From contig NC_135830.1 in assembly GCF_964213995.1 (NCBI RefSeq), forward strand, positions 11,842,001 to 11,906,000: a stretch of DNA of 64,000 nt. Direction: 5' to 3'. Both the position numbers and the translations under genes were made by a program. This DNA is from Mustelus asterias (lineage: Eukaryota). Shown one piece after another: positions 61,243-64,000 of this stretch. A model generated the notes under the pieces. The model saw only the letters and a list, made by a program, of their open reading frames with translations. It did no database searches and was not told where the DNA came from. The first letter of the stretch is position 1. Each line of letters begins with the position of its first letter.

Positions 61243-64000
61243 ATGGATGGGGACTGCAATGCACGGCATTGCAGAGGTGGGGTGGAGCAGGGTTTGAAAT
61301 GTGTATACTTCAATGCCAGGAGTATTCGCAATAAAGTGGGTGAACTTGCAGCGTGGATCAGTACCTGGGACTTCGATGTTGTGGCTATTTCAGAGACATG
61401 GATAGAGCAGGGGCAGGAATGGATGCTGCAGGTCCCGGGGTTCAAATGTTTTAGTCGAAGTAGGGAAGGAGGTAGAAGAGGGGGAGGGGTAGCATTATTG
61501 GTCAGAGATTGTATCACAGTGTCAGAGAGGAGGTTTGATGAGGACTTATCTGTTGAGGTAGTATGGGCGGAGATTAGAAATAGGAGAGGAGAGGTCACCC
61601 TGTTGGGAGTCTTTTATAGACCTCCTAAAAGTTCTAGAGAGGTTGAGGAAAGGATTGCGGAGTCAATCCTGCTTAGGAGTGAAAGTAATAGGGCAATTGT
61701 TATGGGGGATTTTAACTTGACTAATATTGACTGGAATTGTTATAGCTCTAGCTCGTTAGAGGGGTCAGTTTTTGTTCAAAGCGTGCAGGAAGGTTTTTTG
61801 ACTCAGTATGTAGACAGGCCAACTAGAGGTGAGGCTATATTGGATCTGGTGCTGGGAAATGAGCCAGACCAGGTGCTAGACTTGGAAGTTGGTGTGCATT
61901 TTGGTGATAGTGACCACAATTCGGTTACGTTCACCTTAGTGATGGAAAGGGATAGGCATGAACCTCGGGCCAATGGTTTTAGCTGGGGGAAGGGTAATTA
62001 TGAGGCTATTAGGAGAGAATTAGGAAACATAGGTTGGACTAGGAGATTACAGGGACTGGGAACGTCCGACATGTGGAGTTTTTTCAAGGAGCAGCTACTG
62101 CGAGTCTGTGATAGGTATGTCCCTGTCAGGCAAGGAGGAATTGGTAGGGCTAGGGAACCGTGGTGCACCAAAAAAGTTTCTTTGTTGGTTAAAAAGAAAA
62201 AGGAGGCTTATGTTCGGATGAGACGTGAGCACTCGGGTAGTGCACTAGAAAGCTTTAGATTGGCTAAGAGGGAGTTGAAGAGCGAGCTTAGAAGGGCTAA
62301 AAGGGGACATGAGAAGACTTTGGCGGATAGGGTTAAAGAGAATCCTAAGGCGTTCTATAGGTATGTCAAGAACAGAAGGTTGGTTAGGGCAAGTTTAGGG
62401 CCAGTTATAGATGGCAGAGGGAAGTTATGTGTGGAACCGGAGGAGATTGGTGAAGCATTGAACCAATATTTCTCTTCGGTGTTCACGCAAGGGGACATGA
62501 ATATAGCTGAGGAGGACACTGGGTTGCAAGGGAGTAGAATAGACAGTATTACAGTTGATAAGGAGGATGTGCAGGATATTCTGGAGGGTCTGAAAATAGA
62601 TAAATCCCCTGGTCCGGATGGGATTTATCCAAGGATTCTCTGGGAGGCAAGAGAAGTGATTGCAGAGCCTCTGGCTCTGATCTTCAGGTCGTCGTTGGCC
62701 TCTGGTATAGTACCAGAAGATTGGAGGTTAGCGAATGTTGTCCCATTGTTTAAGAAGGGGAACAGAGACTTCCCCGGGAATTATAGACCGGTGAGTCTCA
62801 CTTCTGTTGTCGGCAAGATGTTGGAAAAAATTATAAGGGATAGGATTTATAGTTATTTGGAGAGTAATGAATTGATAGGTGATAGTCAGCATGGTTTTGT
62901 GGCAGGTAGGTCGTGCCTTACTAACCTTATTGAGTTTTTTGAGAAAGTGACCAAGGAGGTGGATGGGGGCAAGGCAGTGGACGTGGTATATATGGATTTT
63001 AGTAAGGCGTTTGATAAGGTTCACCATGGTAGGCTTCTGCAGAAAATGCAGATGTATGGGATTGGGGGTGATCTAGGAAATTGGATCAGGAATTGGCTAG
63101 CGGATAGGAAACAGAGGGTGGTGGTTGATAGTAAATATTCATCATGGAGTGCGGTTACAAGTGGTGTACCTCAGGGATCTGTTTTGGGGCCACTGCTGTT
63201 CGTAATATTTATTAATGATCTGGATGAGGGTATAGTTGGGTGGATTAGCAAATTTGCTGATGACACCAAAGTCGGTGGTGTGGTAGACAGTGAGGAAGGG
63301 TGTAGTAGTTTGCAGGAAGACTTAGACAGGTTGCAAAGTTGGGCCGAGAGGTGGCGGATGGAGTTTAATGCGGAGAAGTGTGAGGTAATTCACTTTGGTA
63401 GGAATAACAGATGTGTTGAGTATAGGGCTAACGGGAGGACTTTGAATAGTGTGGAGGAGCAGAGGGATCTAGGTGTATGTGTGCATAGATCCCTGAAAGT
63501 TGGGAATCAAGTAGATAAGGTTGTTAAGAAGGCATATGGTGTCTTGGCGTTTATTGGTAGGGGGATTGAATTTAGGAGTCGTAGCGTTATGTTGCAACTG
63601 TACACAACTCTGGTGCGGCCGCACTTGGAGTACTGTGTGCAGTTCTGGTCCCCACATTACAGGAAGGATGTGGAGGCTTTGGAGAGGGTGCAGAGGAGGT
63701 TTACCAGGATGTTGCCTGGTATGGAGGGGAGATCCTATGAGGAGAGGCTGAGGGATTTGGGATTGTTTTCGCTGGAAAGGCGGCGGCTAAGAGGGGATCT
63801 TATTGAAACATATAAGATGATTAGAGGTTTAGATAGGGTGGATAGTGATAGCCTTTTTCCTCTGATGGAGAAATCCAGCACGAGGGGGCATGGCTTTAAA
63901 TTGAGGGGGGGTAGTTATAGAACCGATGTCAGGGGTAGGTTCTTTACCCAGAGGGTGGTGAGGGATTGGAATGCCCTGCCAGCATCAGTAGTAAATGCGC
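61243..64000 (+). CDS. CR1 ORF2p (APE endonuclease + RT), open to the window end; true start uncertain
   Basis: YFNARS, SETW, GDFN, SDHN, KSPGPDG, QGSVLGP, KFADDTK and FFTQRVV all in one frame; no closed ORF reported in that frame, implying no internal stop. Confidence 0.9.
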   Translation, partial: MDGDCNARHCRGGVEQGLKCVYFNARSIRNKVGELAAWISTWDFDVVAISETWIEQGQEWMLQVPGFKCFSRSREGGRRGGGVALLVRDCITVSERRFDEDLSVEVVWAEIRNRRGEVTLLGVFYRPPKSSREVEERIAESILLRSESNRAIVMGDFNLTNIDWNCYSSSSLEGSVFVQSVQEGFLTQYVDRPTRGEAILDLVLGNEPDQVLDLEVGVHFGDSDHNSVTFTLVMERDRHEPRANGFSWGKGNYEAIRRELGNIGWTRRLQGLGTSDMWSFFKEQLLRVCDRYVPVRQGGIGRAREPWCTKKVSLLVKKKKEAYVRMRREHSGSALESFRLAKRELKSELRRAKRGHEKTLADRVKENPKAFYRYVKNRRLVRASLGPVIDGRGKLCVEPEEIGEALNQYFSSVFTQGDMNIAEEDTGLQGSRIDSITVDKEDVQDILEGLKIDKSPGPDGIYPRILWEAREVIAEPLALIFRSSLASGIVPEDWRLANVVPLFKKGNRDFPGNYRPVSLTSVVGKMLEKIIRDRIYSYLESNELIGDSQHGFVAGRSCLTNLIEFFEKVTKEVDGGKAVDVVYMDFSKAFDKVHHGRLLQKMQMYGIGGDLGNWIRNWLADRKQRVVVDSKYSSWSAVTSGVPQGSVLGPLLFVIFINDLDEGIVGWISKFADDTKVGGVVDSEEGCSSLQEDLDRLQSWAERWRMEFNAEKCEVIHFGRNNRCVEYRANGRTLNSVEEQRDLGVCVHRSLKVGNQVDKVVKKAYGVLAFIGRGIEFRSRSVMLQLYTTLVRPHLEYCVQFWSPHYRKDVEALERVQRRFTRMLPGMEGRSYEERLRDLGLFSLERRRLRGDLIETYKMIRGLDRVDSDSLFPLMEKSSTRGHGFKLRGGSYRTDVRGRFFTQRVVRDWNALPASVVNA

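Overview
Repeat-rich vertebrate DNA, almost certainly from a cartilaginous fish (shark-type IgM C-mu4, HE1-like SINEs, shark-type CR1 LINEs). (1) 0-24 kb: a field of mostly decayed tRNA genes (Lys x2, Glu x3, Val x2, Leu, Cys, Asn, and a Gln with a CTA anticodon) in locally duplicated units, invaded by CR1 LINEs and by Penelope-like elements (PLEs) carrying minimal hammerhead motifs. (2) 25-29.5 kb: an apparently orphan IgM heavy-chain 3' end (C-mu4, secretory tail, TM1, TM2) with open frames and canonical splice sites, but no upstream C or V exons visible in the window. (3) 32-64 kb: a degraded full-length CR1, an intact two-exon GPR139/142-like GPCR, a C2H2 zinc-finger pseudogene, a CCAAT-rich promoter-like island, and a young CR1 with a 50-bp monomer array that runs off the window. 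The most interesting signals are RNA-level features inside the retroelements: a double-ENE-like (poly(A) triple-helix) fold in an optional 360-nt CR1 3'UTR module, a U_UUA_AAC slippery heptamer at the ORF1 stop of two different CR1s, and hammerheads with varying but paired stem II in the PLE termini. All calls were made by eye; no searches or folding were run.
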